The notes under the pieces were generated by a model. The model did not search any database. It was not told the DNA's origin and was given only the letters and a program-made list of their open reading frames with translations. Of a stretch of 64,000 bases of DNA, positions 46,663 through 55,653 are shown piece by piece (the first letter of the stretch is position 1; each line of letters opens with the position of its first letter). The DNA is from Microthrixaceae bacterium. Its GTDB lineage: Bacteria; Actinomycetota; Acidimicrobiia; Acidimicrobiales; VFJN01. The stretch lies in NCBI GenBank assembly GCA_052386335.1, contig JBQTKH010000014.1:7741-71740 (forward strand). Reading direction: 5' to 3'. Both the position numbers and the translations under genes were made by a program.

Positions 46663-48939
46663 CTACTGGCGGGCGATGGCTTCCTCGGCGGCAATCGTCG
46701 GGTCGCTGACCGCGGCGCCAGCCACGTCGATGTCGACCCGGTGCAGCGTGCCCGTGAACTCGAAGCGGCCGCGGTAGTCCTCGTCGGCGGGGGAGAAGTC
46801 GGGCGACCAACCAGCGGTGAGCCCGGCACCGGTGAGCGAGAAGCGGCTCCACACCGTGCGCTTCACCTCGCCCGTGCCGATCACCTCGCCGTCGACGAGC
46901 AGGTCGACGGTGGGGGGGTCGAAGCGCATCGACAGCGTGTGGTCGCCAGGCGCGAGGCGACCGCTCGGGACGCTGGCCTCCACTCGGTACACGCGCCAGC
47001 CGGCGAGGTTGTGGACGTAGACGAGACGGCCGTCGGCCAGGAGGTGGAACGACCACCCGCCCAGCACCGAGCCCTGGACGGCGAGCACGCCCTCGACCGG
47101 GGCCAGCCCGTCGGGAACCGTGACGTGCGCGGTGATGACGTGAGCTCGGCTGCGTACGTTCACCGCCACGCTCTCGGCCACCGGCGCACGACCCGGCCAG
47201 TACGTGTAGCGAGCGCGCTCGCGCACCGACGACGACCGCTCGAAGACCAGCTCGGAGAAGGGGCGGTTGTCGAGGGGGAGCACGTTGTTGCGCTCGGCCT
47301 CCACCCACCACCGCTCCACCATCTCGGCCAGCCGATCCGGTTCCGCCCGCGCCAGGTCGTGGCACTCCGACGGATCGGCCCGAAGGTCGTAGAGCTCCCA
47401 CGGAGCCTTGTCGAGCCCGGGCTCCTCGGCCTGCACCTCGTGGTAGGTGACCGCCTTCCACCCCTCGTGGTAGAGCGCGCGACAGCCGAGCATCTCGTAG
47501 TACTGCGTCGTGTGGCGGTCGGGCGCGTCGCGGTCGGTGAAGGTGTACGCGAAGCTCACACCGTCGAGCGACATCTGCTCGACTCCGCTGACTGCCCCTG
47601 GCATCTCGACCCCGATCACCTCGAGCAGCGTCGGGACGATGTCGACCGCGTGCACGTACTGGTTGCGCACCTCGCCTCTGGCCGCCACACCCCGCGGCCA
47701 GTGCACGATGAGCGGATCGGCAACGCCGCCCTCGTGGGTCTCGCGCTTCCAGCGCCGGAACGGCGTGTTGCCGGCGACGGTCCACCCCCACGGGTAGTTG
47801 TTGTGGATGCGTGGACCGCCGATGTCGTCGAGGCGACCTGCCGCCTCCTCGACGGTGCGCGGCAGCGCGTTCCACACGCGCGCATCGTTGAGCGAGCCGA
47901 AGGGTCCGCCCTCTGAGGAGGCCCCGTTGTCGGAGAGCACCACGATCACCGTGTTGTCGAGCTCGCCGAGCGCATCCAGCCGACCCACCAAGCGCCCGAG
48001 CTCGGCATCGGTGTGCGAGAGGAACCCTGCGAAGGCCTCCATGTAGCGCGCGTACACACGCTGCTCCTCCGCGCTGAGCGCGCTCCACGCGGGCACCCAG
48101 TCGGGCCGTTCGGAGAGCTCTGCATGAGGCGGCATCACGCCCGCTGCCTTCTGACGGGCCAGCGTGGCGGTGCGCCACTCGTCCCAGCCAGCATCGAAGT
48201 GCCCGTGATAGCGCTCGATCCAGGCGGCGGGCGACTGGTGGGGTGAGTGGCAGGCGCCGGTGGCCAGGTACATCAGCCATGGCTTGTCGACGTCGACGTT
48301 GCGGAGGTCTTCGACGAACTCGATCGAGTGGTCGACGAGATCGGTCGTCAGGTGGTACCCGTCCTCGTAGGTGCCGGGGGGGTCGACCTGGTGGTTGTCG
48401 TGGACGAGGGCGGGCACGAACTGGTGGGTCTCGCCCGGGAAGAAGCCGTAGAAGCGCTCGAACCCGCGTCCGAGCGGCCACCGGTCGCGACGGGCACCGA
48501 GGTGCTCCTCGTCCTCGGGGGTGAGGTGCCACTTGCCGACCGCGTAGGCGGCGTACCCGTGTGGTGTGAGCAGGGCCGGCAGCATGCCGCACGCCTTGGG
48601 GATGCGACCGTCGTAGCCGGGGAAGCCCGTGGCGAGGTCGACGATGCGCCCCACCCCGGTGCGGTGGTGGTTGCGGCCGGTGAGCACGCACGCCCGCGTC
48701 GGCGAGCAGAGGGCCGTGGTGTGGAAGCTCGAGTAGCGGAGCCCACCGGCCGCCAACGCATCGAGGTGCGGCGTGGCGATGTCGGACCCGAAGCAGCCGA
48801 GCTGTGCGAACCCGACGTCGTCGAGGATGACGATCAGGACGTTCGGTGCGCCCTCAGGCGGGCGGGGGTCGTCTGGCCACCAGGCCTCCGACTCCCAGTG
48901 GTACCGACCGATCGTGCCCTTGAACTCGCCGGGTTCCAT
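46663..48939 (-). CDS. Arylsulfatase (Cys-type, AtsA/B/D-like)
   Basis: ILDDVG, LCSPTRACVLTGR, GKWHL, SDNG, HEGG. Confidence 0.93.
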   Translation of the reverse strand: MEPGEFKGTIGRYHWESEAWWPDDPRPPEGAPNVLIVILDDVGFAQLGCFGSDIATPHLDALAAGGLRYSSFHTTALCSPTRACVLTGRNHHRTGVGRIVDLATGFPGYDGRIPKACGMLPALLTPHGYAAYAVGKWHLTPEDEEHLGARRDRWPLGRGFERFYGFFPGETHQFVPALVHDNHQVDPPGTYEDGYHLTTDLVDHSIEFVEDLRNVDVDKPWLMYLATGACHSPHQSPAAWIERYHGHFDAGWDEWRTATLARQKAAGVMPPHAELSERPDWVPAWSALSAEEQRVYARYMEAFAGFLSHTDAELGRLVGRLDALGELDNTVIVVLSDNGASSEGGPFGSLNDARVWNALPRTVEEAAGRLDDIGGPRIHNNYPWGWTVAGNTPFRRWKRETHEGGVADPLIVHWPRGVAARGEVRNQYVHAVDIVPTLLEVIGVEMPGAVSGVEQMSLDGVSFAYTFTDRDAPDRHTTQYYEMLGCRALYHEGWKAVTYHEVQAEEPGLDKAPWELYDLRADPSECHDLARAEPDRLAEMVERWWVEAERNNVLPLDNRPFSELVFERSSSVRERARYTYWPGRAPVAESVAVNVRSRAHVITAHVTVPDGLAPVEGVLAVQGSVLGGWSFHLLADGRLVYVHNLAGWRVYRVEASVPSGRLAPGDHTLSMRFDPPTVDLLVDGEVIGTGEVKRTVWSRFSLTGAGLTAGWSPDFSPADEDYRGRFEFTGTLHRVDIDVAGAAVSDPTIAAEEAIARQ

Positions 48940-48999
48940 CCCCGCAGCATGCCCGACGCGGCGGCCGTGGCTGACCGCCCGGCCGGTCCGCTCGGATGC

Positions 49000-49554
49000 T
49001 CAGACCTTGCGGCCGAGGTACGCGGCGAGCCGATCGGCGGCCGTTGCGCCGGGCGGGGCCTCTTGCTGGGGACCGAAGGGCATCGGCTCGTCGCCTCGGA
49101 ACGCGTCGGGGATCGGCGCGTTGGCGAGCAGCCCCTCCGCGAGCTCCGGGTCGAGGTCGGTGGACTGTCCTGTGGCCTTGGCGAGATCCCAGCCGTGCGC
49201 GAACGTGTCGGTGGTGGCCAGGCCCATGAACGCCGCCCCCGGGAACTGGCCGAACGGCAGGTTCATGATCTTCTCCTGGGCGCCCGGTGCGTCGAACGCG
49301 GCGATCGTGCGGCGGACCGCCCCGTCGAACGACGCGAGGGTGTCGCCCTCCGTGTAGTCCTGCTCCGCGGGCTCGGTCGACTCGCCGGTCTCGGCCGTGC
49401 CGCCGAACCAGTGCGCGCCGCCGACGATGTGGTTCACGAGATCGCGCACGGTCCACGATGCGCACGGGGTGGGGCCATCGAGGTCGACACCCTTCATGCC
49501 CTCGAGGACATTCCGGGTGGAGGCGAAGGCGCGGGCGAGGTTCTCGGTGACCAT
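49000..49554 (-). CDS. TIGR03086/MDMPI-like DinB-superfamily protein
   Basis: PTPCASWTVRDLVNH, HGWDLA, DRLAAYLGR; ATG 49554. Confidence 0.88.
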   Translation of the reverse strand: MVTENLARAFASTRNVLEGMKGVDLDGPTPCASWTVRDLVNHIVGGAHWFGGTAETGESTEPAEQDYTEGDTLASFDGAVRRTIAAFDAPGAQEKIMNLPFGQFPGAAFMGLATTDTFAHGWDLAKATGQSTDLDPELAEGLLANAPIPDAFRGDEPMPFGPQQEAPPGATAADRLAAYLGRKV

Positions 49555-49612
49555 GGTGGTTCCCCCTTGGTGGTTGGACGGCGCGAGCGTAGGCCCGTCG
49601 ACGGCCCTGTGC

Positions 49613-49936
49613 TCAGGGCTCCATGACCACCCAGCCGCGTCGCTGCAGCTCCGCCGCAAGGGCCGAGTCGGGCAGCTTGCGGAGGGAGCGCTCGGTGGCG
49701 GTGAGGGGCGAGGCGGGAGGCGGTGGTGCAGTGGCGCTCTCCTGGTCGCGCTCCAGCGACGCGATGAACGCATCGGCCTCGTCTCGCGTGAACTTGCCCG
49801 CCGCCTGGCGCTGGGTGAACCCCAGCGGCCCGCGCGCATCCCGGAAGTCGGCATGGCCGGCCTGCTCGAGGAGGCCGAGGAGCTGCTGAACCTGCTTGGA
49901 CGATGCCGGAGGACCGGCTTGTTGACCGAACGCCAT
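49613..49936 (-). CDS. Hypothetical protein
   Basis: MAFGQQAGPPAS...LAAELQRRGWVVMEP; fills the gap in the same direction as its neighbour. Confidence 0.6.
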   Translation of the reverse strand: MAFGQQAGPPASSKQVQQLLGLLEQAGHADFRDARGPLGFTQRQAAGKFTRDEADAFIASLERDQESATAPPPPASPLTATERSLRKLPDSALAAELQRRGWVVMEP

Positions 49937-50090
49937 GGGGTGAGTCTCACATCGGCGTGTGACAAACCCGGCCATGCCCGCGTTCAACGGTGCTGGTCGG
50001 TGGCCGATCGATCTGCCGACTACCGAAGTCCGACGAGCACCGGTAGGTTCACCTACCCCCTTCGTCTACCCCCTTCGTCGCAGGAGACCC

Positions 50091-50462
50091 ATGCCCACCG
50101 CCACGCTCACCCTCGCTCGTCACCGCAAGAACCTCGAGGAGCTGCGGGCTGCCACCCAACGTCGGATCGAGATCCTGCAACGTGGCTACGACGAGCTGAT
50201 CGAGGCCGGCGACGACGTGGGCGCCGGCGAGGACGAGGGTGGTTCCGAGGCCGACGGCAGCTTCGTCGAACGGGACCGACTCCGGGCACAGGTTGTCGAG
50301 GAGCGGGCCGCGCTGGATGCCATCGAGGCGGCCCTCGCCCGGGGCAAGAGCCGGACTTGGCAGCAGTGCAAGGTCTGCGGCGGACCCATCGGCGCCGAGC
50401 GGCTCGAGGCGCTCCCCACCGCCGACAGCTGCGTCAGCTGCAAAGCCCGCCAGTCCTGGTGA
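50091..50462 (+). CDS. TraR/DksA-type C4 zinc-finger protein
   Basis: AGGAG RBS; CKVCGGPIGAERLEALPTADSCVSC. Confidence 0.88.
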   Translation: MPTATLTLARHRKNLEELRAATQRRIEILQRGYDELIEAGDDVGAGEDEGGSEADGSFVERDRLRAQVVEERAALDAIEAALARGKSRTWQQCKVCGGPIGAERLEALPTADSCVSCKARQSW

Positions 50463-50508
50463 CGCACCGTCGAGCGCGGTTGCCCGGAGACGAGTAGAAC
50501 CCCGGCCT

Positions 50509-51324
50509 ATGACCGTCGACGGCGTGCTGGGGCTGCTCGCGCTCAACCTGGCGGTCACGCTCGGGTGCATGGTCGTGCTGTGGCTGCTCAGCATCCGGCG
50601 CGGTGACCCCAGCTTCGTCGATGCCTGGTGGCCGATGGGCTTCGTCGTGGTCGCCGTCGTCACCTTCGCGGTCACCGACGGCGACCCGGTCCGGCGAGCG
50701 CTTCTGGTGGGGATCACCGCGGTGTGGGGCGTCCGCCTCGGGAGCTACCTGCTCTGGCGGTGGCGTCGGAACGGACCCGATCGCCGCTACGTCAACATGA
50801 TGCGCCACGCCCCGGGCAACCCCCATGTGTTCACGCTCACCCAGGTGTTCCTCTTGCAGGGCGCCCTGCAGTGGGTCGTCTCCCTCCCGCTCCAGCTCGG
50901 CCTGCGCTACGACGTGCCTGAGGGGTTGCGACCGCTCGGCTGGCTCGGTGTCCTGCTGTGCGCCGTCGGGTTCCTGTTCGAGACGATCGGCGACGCTCAG
51001 CTCACCCGGTTCAAGGGCGATCCCGCCAACGAGGGCCAGGTCATGCAGCGAGGGCTGTGGCGGTACACGAGGCATCCGAACTACTTCGGCGACTGCTGCC
51101 TGTGGTGGGGACTCTTCCTCATCGCCGTGGTCAACCTCCCGACCGGCGCCGCGATCGTGGGGCCCTGCGTGATGACGTTCCTCCTGGCACGCTGGAGCGG
51201 CGTCGGACCGCTCGAGGCCCGGCTCAAGCGCCACAAGCCCGACTACCTCGACTACATCGCTCGCACGAGCGGGTTCGTCCCCCGACCCCCACGCGCGTCA
51301 CGACCTGAAGGAGCAGCGCGATGA
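50509..51324 (+). CDS. DUF1295 / steroid 5-alpha-reductase-like membrane protein
   Basis: DRRY, GDAQL, GLWRYTRHPNYFGD. Confidence 0.9.
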   Translation: MTVDGVLGLLALNLAVTLGCMVVLWLLSIRRGDPSFVDAWWPMGFVVVAVVTFAVTDGDPVRRALLVGITAVWGVRLGSYLLWRWRRNGPDRRYVNMMRHAPGNPHVFTLTQVFLLQGALQWVVSLPLQLGLRYDVPEGLRPLGWLGVLLCAVGFLFETIGDAQLTRFKGDPANEGQVMQRGLWRYTRHPNYFGDCCLWWGLFLIAVVNLPTGAAIVGPCVMTFLLARWSGVGPLEARLKRHKPDYLDYIARTSGFVPRPPRASRPEGAAR

Positions 51325-52556
51325 GCACCGATGTCTTCATCCTCGGCGGTCACCAGACCGACTACGCCCGCAACTACGCGAAGGAGGGCCTCGAGGTGAG
51401 CGACCTCGTGGCCGACACCGTGGCGGGCACGCTGAGCGCGGCGCAGGTCGACGCATCAGCGATCGACACGATCCATGTCGGCAACGCGTTCGGCCAGCTG
51501 TTCAACGGCCAGGGTCAGCTCGGTGGCATGCCCGCCACCGTCGAGCCCGCGCTGTGGGGCGTGCCAGCAGCCCGCCATGAGGCGGCCTGCGCGTCTGGCG
51601 GGATCGCGATCCTCGCCGCGATGGCCGAGATCGAAGCCGGCCGCTACGACTGCGCGCTCGTGCTCGGCGTGGAGCAGGAGCGCAACGTCAAGGGCGACCA
51701 GGCCGCCCACCACCTCGGCGCGGCAGCGTGGATTGGTCACGAAGGGGAAGGCGCCACCTTCATGTGGCCGCACATGTTCAGCCTGCTCGCCGACGAGTAC
51801 GACGCCCGCTACGGCATCGACCAGCGCCACCTCGGAGCCATCGCTGAGCTCAACTTCCGCAACGCGAAGGACAACCCCAACGCGCAGACCCGGAGCTGGC
51901 AGCACACGCCCGAGAGCTTCGCCGAGGACGACAACGCGAACCCGGTGATCGACGGCCGCATGCGGCGCACCGACTGCAGCCAGGTCACCGATGGCGGCGC
52001 CGGTGTGGTCCTCGCCGGTGCCCGCACGGCCGAAGCGTGGGCAGCGGCCCACGGCCGCTCGGTCGACGAGCTGCCCCGAGTGCTCGGTTGGGGCCATCGA
52101 ACCGTCGGCCTGCCCTACGCCGAGAAGGTGCGGCGCTCCAAGGAGGACGAGTACGTGCTGCCCCACGTGCGTCGGGCCATCACGGACGCCTTCGCGCGAG
52201 CCGGGATCGCCTCGGTGCGCGAGGTCGATGCCATCGAGACGCACGACTGCTTCACCCCGTCGGAGTACGCAGCCATCGATCACTTCGGGATCACCTCGCC
52301 TGGCAAGAGCTGGCAGGCGATCGAGGACGGCACGATCGAGCGCGGCGGCGCCCTTCCGGTCAACCCGTCGGGCGGCCTCATCGGCGGCGGCCATCCGGTC
52401 GGCGCCACGGGCGTTCGCATGGTGGTCGACGCGGCCAAGCAAGCCTCAGGCGCCGCGGGCGGCACCCAGGTCGAGGGCGTTCGGCGCGTCGCCACCCTCA
52501 ACATCGGCGGCTCGACCACCACGACGGTGAGCTTCGTCGTCGGCTTCGCCGACTGA
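51321..52556 (+). CDS. Thiolase, SCP2-thiolase-like
   Basis: EAACASG, HDCF, NPSGGL, GHPVGATG. Confidence 0.9.
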   Translation: MSTDVFILGGHQTDYARNYAKEGLEVSDLVADTVAGTLSAAQVDASAIDTIHVGNAFGQLFNGQGQLGGMPATVEPALWGVPAARHEAACASGGIAILAAMAEIEAGRYDCALVLGVEQERNVKGDQAAHHLGAAAWIGHEGEGATFMWPHMFSLLADEYDARYGIDQRHLGAIAELNFRNAKDNPNAQTRSWQHTPESFAEDDNANPVIDGRMRRTDCSQVTDGGAGVVLAGARTAEAWAAAHGRSVDELPRVLGWGHRTVGLPYAEKVRRSKEDEYVLPHVRRAITDAFARAGIASVREVDAIETHDCFTPSEYAAIDHFGITSPGKSWQAIEDGTIERGGALPVNPSGGLIGGGHPVGATGVRMVVDAAKQASGAAGGTQVEGVRRVATLNIGGSTTTTVSFVVGFAD

Positions 52557-52572
52557 TGGGTGAGCGGTCAGC

Positions 52573-54834
52573 GTGAGCTCACCCAACGAGCCCGACTTCG
52601 GCGGCCACATCGGTCGCACCTACCGCGATTCCACCCCCTGGTGGCCGGATCCGCCTGCGGGCCTCGGCGGACCCAACGTGGTGGTGATCGTGCTCGACGA
52701 CACCGGCTTCGCGCACTTCGGCTGCTACGGCTCCGAGCTGGCCACCCCGCACATCGATCGTCTCGCGGCCGGTGGGCTGCGCTACACGGGCTTCCACACG
52801 ACCGCACTCTGCTCCCCGTCGCGGGCCGCCCTCCTCACCGGGCGCAACCCGCACGCAGTCGGGATGCGCGGGGTGTCGAACTGGAGCACCGGGTTCCCCC
52901 ACATGCGCGGCGGCATCTCCCCGCGGGCTGCCACGGTCGCCGAGCTGCTGCGCACGCAGGGCTATGCCACCTATGCGGCGGGCAAGTGGCATCTCGCGCC
53001 GATGGAGGAGTGCTCGGCGGCCGGTCCGCACACGAACTGGCCGCTCCAGAAGGGCTTCGACCGCTTCTACGGGTTCCTCCAGGGGGAGGCCGACCAGTTC
53101 CATCCGGAGCTCACCAGCGACAACGGTCACGTCGACCCGCCGTTCGGGCCCGACGCGGGCTACCACGTGTCCGAGGACATCGTCGATCGAGCCTCCGGTT
53201 GGATCGGCGACCTGCAGTCGGTCCGTCCGGACCGGCCCTTCTTCCTCTACCTGGCCTTCGGCGCCACCCACGCTCCTCATCAGGCGCCACCCGAGTACCT
53301 CGCCCGGTGGCGGGGTCGGTTCGACGATGGCTACGAGGTGGCCCGCGAACGCTGGTTCGCGCGCCAGCTCGAGCTCGGCATCGTGCCGCCCGGCACCACG
53401 CTGGCTCCCCCGAACCCGGGTGTGCCCGCGTGGGACGACCTCACCGCCAACCAGCGGGCGTTCTCGGCCCGGTTGCAGGAGGCCTTCGCGGCGATGCTCG
53501 AGCACACCGACGCGCAGATCGGCCGGCTCGTGGCGTTCCTCGAGCAGCGCCACCTCCTCGACAACACGATCCTCATGGTGCTGTCCGACAACGGCGCCTC
53601 TCGTGAGGGCGGCCCCTTCGGGGTGATGGACGAGTTCAGCTTCTTCAACGGCATGTGGGAGGACATCGACGACCTCGCCGCCACCCGGCTCGACGACATC
53701 GGCGGGCCGCACTCGCACTCCAACTACCCCTGGGGGTGGGCCCAGGCCGGGAACTCGCCGTTGCGCTGGTACAAGCAGAACACCTACGGCGGCGGTGTGC
53801 GGGACCCGCTCATCGTCCACTGGCCCAACGGGATCGCCGACCGCGGGGCGCTGCGAGCTCAGTTCTGCCACGTGGTCGACCTCGCGCCCACGATCCTCGA
53901 CCTCACGAGCACACCGGCGCCCGACCTGCACAACGGCGTGCCGCAGATCCCGATGCACGGCGCATCGATCAGCGCGTCCTTCGACGACGCGGACGCGCCG
54001 CCCGCCCGGTCCGTCCAGTACTTCGAGCAGATGGGGCACCGTGGGCTCTGGGCCGACGGGTGGAAGATCAGCACCTACCACGAGCAGGGCCAGCCGATGG
54101 ACGACGACGAGTGGGTGCTGTTCCACCTCGACGAGGACTTCTCGGAGTGCCACGACGTGTCCGCCCAGCATCCCGACAAGCTGCGGGAGCTCGTCGAGGC
54201 GTGGTGGACCGAGGCGGGCCAGCACGGCGTGCTCCCGCTCGACGACCGCACGATCGAGCTCTTCGGTGGCACCCCGCACCCCGGCACCGTGCACGACCGT
54301 CGTCAGTACGTGTACTTCCCGCCGTTCGCGCACATCCCGGCCGACGCGGCACCTCCGTTGGGTGGTCGGTCGTGGACGATCACCGCGGCGGTCGACGTGC
54401 CGCCGACCGGTGTGGAGGGCGTGATCTACGCCCGTGGCAGCCACAACGTCGGTCACGCGTTCTTCGTGCATGGCGGGGCGCTCCACTTCGACTACAACGC
54501 GCTCGGCACCCACCACCGCGTGTCCGCGGCGCTTCCGCCGCTCGCGGGTCGGCATGAGATCGCCGCAAGCTTCGAGCGGGCCGGCAAGGGCGGCACCTTG
54601 GCGATCTCGGTCGACGGTGTCGAGCTCGCCAGCATCGGCATCCCCAGGATCGTGCGCATGCTGGGCTCGACCGGACTGGACGTGGGACGCGATGCGCTCT
54701 CGCCGGTGGTGGACGACTACGAGGCGCCCTTCCCCTTCACCGGGGTGATCGATCGCGTCACGTTCGACATCCGCAGCCGAGCCGACGCGGCCGAGATCGA
54801 GGCCACCGCACGAGCCGAGCTCGCCAAGGAGTGA
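52573..54834 (+). CDS. Arylsulfatase (second paralogue)
   Basis: VLDDTG, LCSPSRAALLTGR, GKWHL, SDNG. Confidence 0.93.
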   Translation: MSSPNEPDFGGHIGRTYRDSTPWWPDPPAGLGGPNVVVIVLDDTGFAHFGCYGSELATPHIDRLAAGGLRYTGFHTTALCSPSRAALLTGRNPHAVGMRGVSNWSTGFPHMRGGISPRAATVAELLRTQGYATYAAGKWHLAPMEECSAAGPHTNWPLQKGFDRFYGFLQGEADQFHPELTSDNGHVDPPFGPDAGYHVSEDIVDRASGWIGDLQSVRPDRPFFLYLAFGATHAPHQAPPEYLARWRGRFDDGYEVARERWFARQLELGIVPPGTTLAPPNPGVPAWDDLTANQRAFSARLQEAFAAMLEHTDAQIGRLVAFLEQRHLLDNTILMVLSDNGASREGGPFGVMDEFSFFNGMWEDIDDLAATRLDDIGGPHSHSNYPWGWAQAGNSPLRWYKQNTYGGGVRDPLIVHWPNGIADRGALRAQFCHVVDLAPTILDLTSTPAPDLHNGVPQIPMHGASISASFDDADAPPARSVQYFEQMGHRGLWADGWKISTYHEQGQPMDDDEWVLFHLDEDFSECHDVSAQHPDKLRELVEAWWTEAGQHGVLPLDDRTIELFGGTPHPGTVHDRRQYVYFPPFAHIPADAAPPLGGRSWTITAAVDVPPTGVEGVIYARGSHNVGHAFFVHGGALHFDYNALGTHHRVSAALPPLAGRHEIAASFERAGKGGTLAISVDGVELASIGIPRIVRMLGSTGLDVGRDALSPVVDDYEAPFPFTGVIDRVTFDIRSRADAAEIEATARAELAKE

Positions 54835-54957
54835 CGTAGCCCCCGAGACGGCACCCGTGGTACGGGTCCCGTCTGTCACCAAGCTGTCAGGTTCCCGTCG
54901 CACCCTCCTCATGGTGAGGACACTGGAGCGACACGGCGGATCTCTACGTTCACCTGC

Positions 54958-55653
54958 GTGTATACAGCGTCGGATCCAGGGACCACCCGGCGGGAGCTGG
55001 CGTACTCGGCGCTGAAGCACGGCCTGCTCATGGGCGACTTCCCTCCCGGTCGGCGACTTGGTGAGGAGCGACTCGGCGCGGAGCTCGGCGTCTCGCGAAC
55101 CCCGATCCGAGAGGCGTTGTCTCGGTTGCACAGCGAGGGCCTGGTCGAGCGACTCGCCGACGGCGGTTACGGGCCCACCCTCGTCGACCTGCACCTGGTC
55201 CGGGAGCTCTACGAGATCCGCTTCGCCCTCGAACGGTGCGCGGTCCGTCGTCCTGGACACGGTGGCACGCCGCATGACCGGGCCGCTCTGCTCGCGCTCC
55301 TAGGGGACTGGACCGATCTCGCAGAGGCCGGGGTAGCAGCCAGCGCCGAGTTCGTGCTGCTGGACGAGGACTTCCACGAGCGGGTGGCCGCCGCCGCCGG
55401 GAACGGCGCGCTCGTCGGTCAGCTCCGCAAGATCAACGAACGGATCCGAATCGTCCGCATGCACGACTTCCTCACGGAGGAGCGCGTGGCGCGAACCATC
55501 GACCAGCACCAAGGGGTCCTCGCGTCGCTCCTGGATGGTGACCTCGACGAGGCCGAAGCGCGACTCGTCAGGCACTTCGACGAATCGCTCGCGGTGGTCG
55601 AGGACCGGGCCGCCGTCACGATCGCGCGCATGCTTGGGCGAGGGTCAGCGTGA
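54958..55653 (+). CDS. GntR (FCD) regulator
   Basis: LGVSRTPIREAL; DEDFH, QHQGVL, RHF. Confidence 0.92.
   Translation: MYTASDPGTTRRELAYSALKHGLLMGDFPPGRRLGEERLGAELGVSRTPIREALSRLHSEGLVERLADGGYGPTLVDLHLVRELYEIRFALERCAVRRPGHGGTPHDRAALLALLGDWTDLAEAGVAASAEFVLLDEDFHERVAAAAGNGALVGQLRKINERIRIVRMHDFLTEERVARTIDQHQGVLASLLDGDLDEAEARLVRHFDESLAVVEDRAAVTIARMLGRGSA
54959..54966. promoter_or_regulatory. TGTATACA palindrome, candidate GntR operator
   Basis: AT-rich palindrome overlapping the predicted start codon. Confidence 0.5.

Noticed and set aside
49940..49962. GTGAGTCTCAC and TCACA-N6-TGTGA as a CRP site
   Set aside because: The half-sites are in the reverse order of the CRP consensus TGTGA-N6-TCACA; cannot be assigned
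52579..55275. 898-aa minus-strand ORF and similar long antisense ORFs (4862-7018, 18750-20342, 34533-36221, 39337-41136, 59102-60976)
   Set aside because: Shadows of well-supported genes on the opposite strand in stop-poor GC-rich DNA; no motifs
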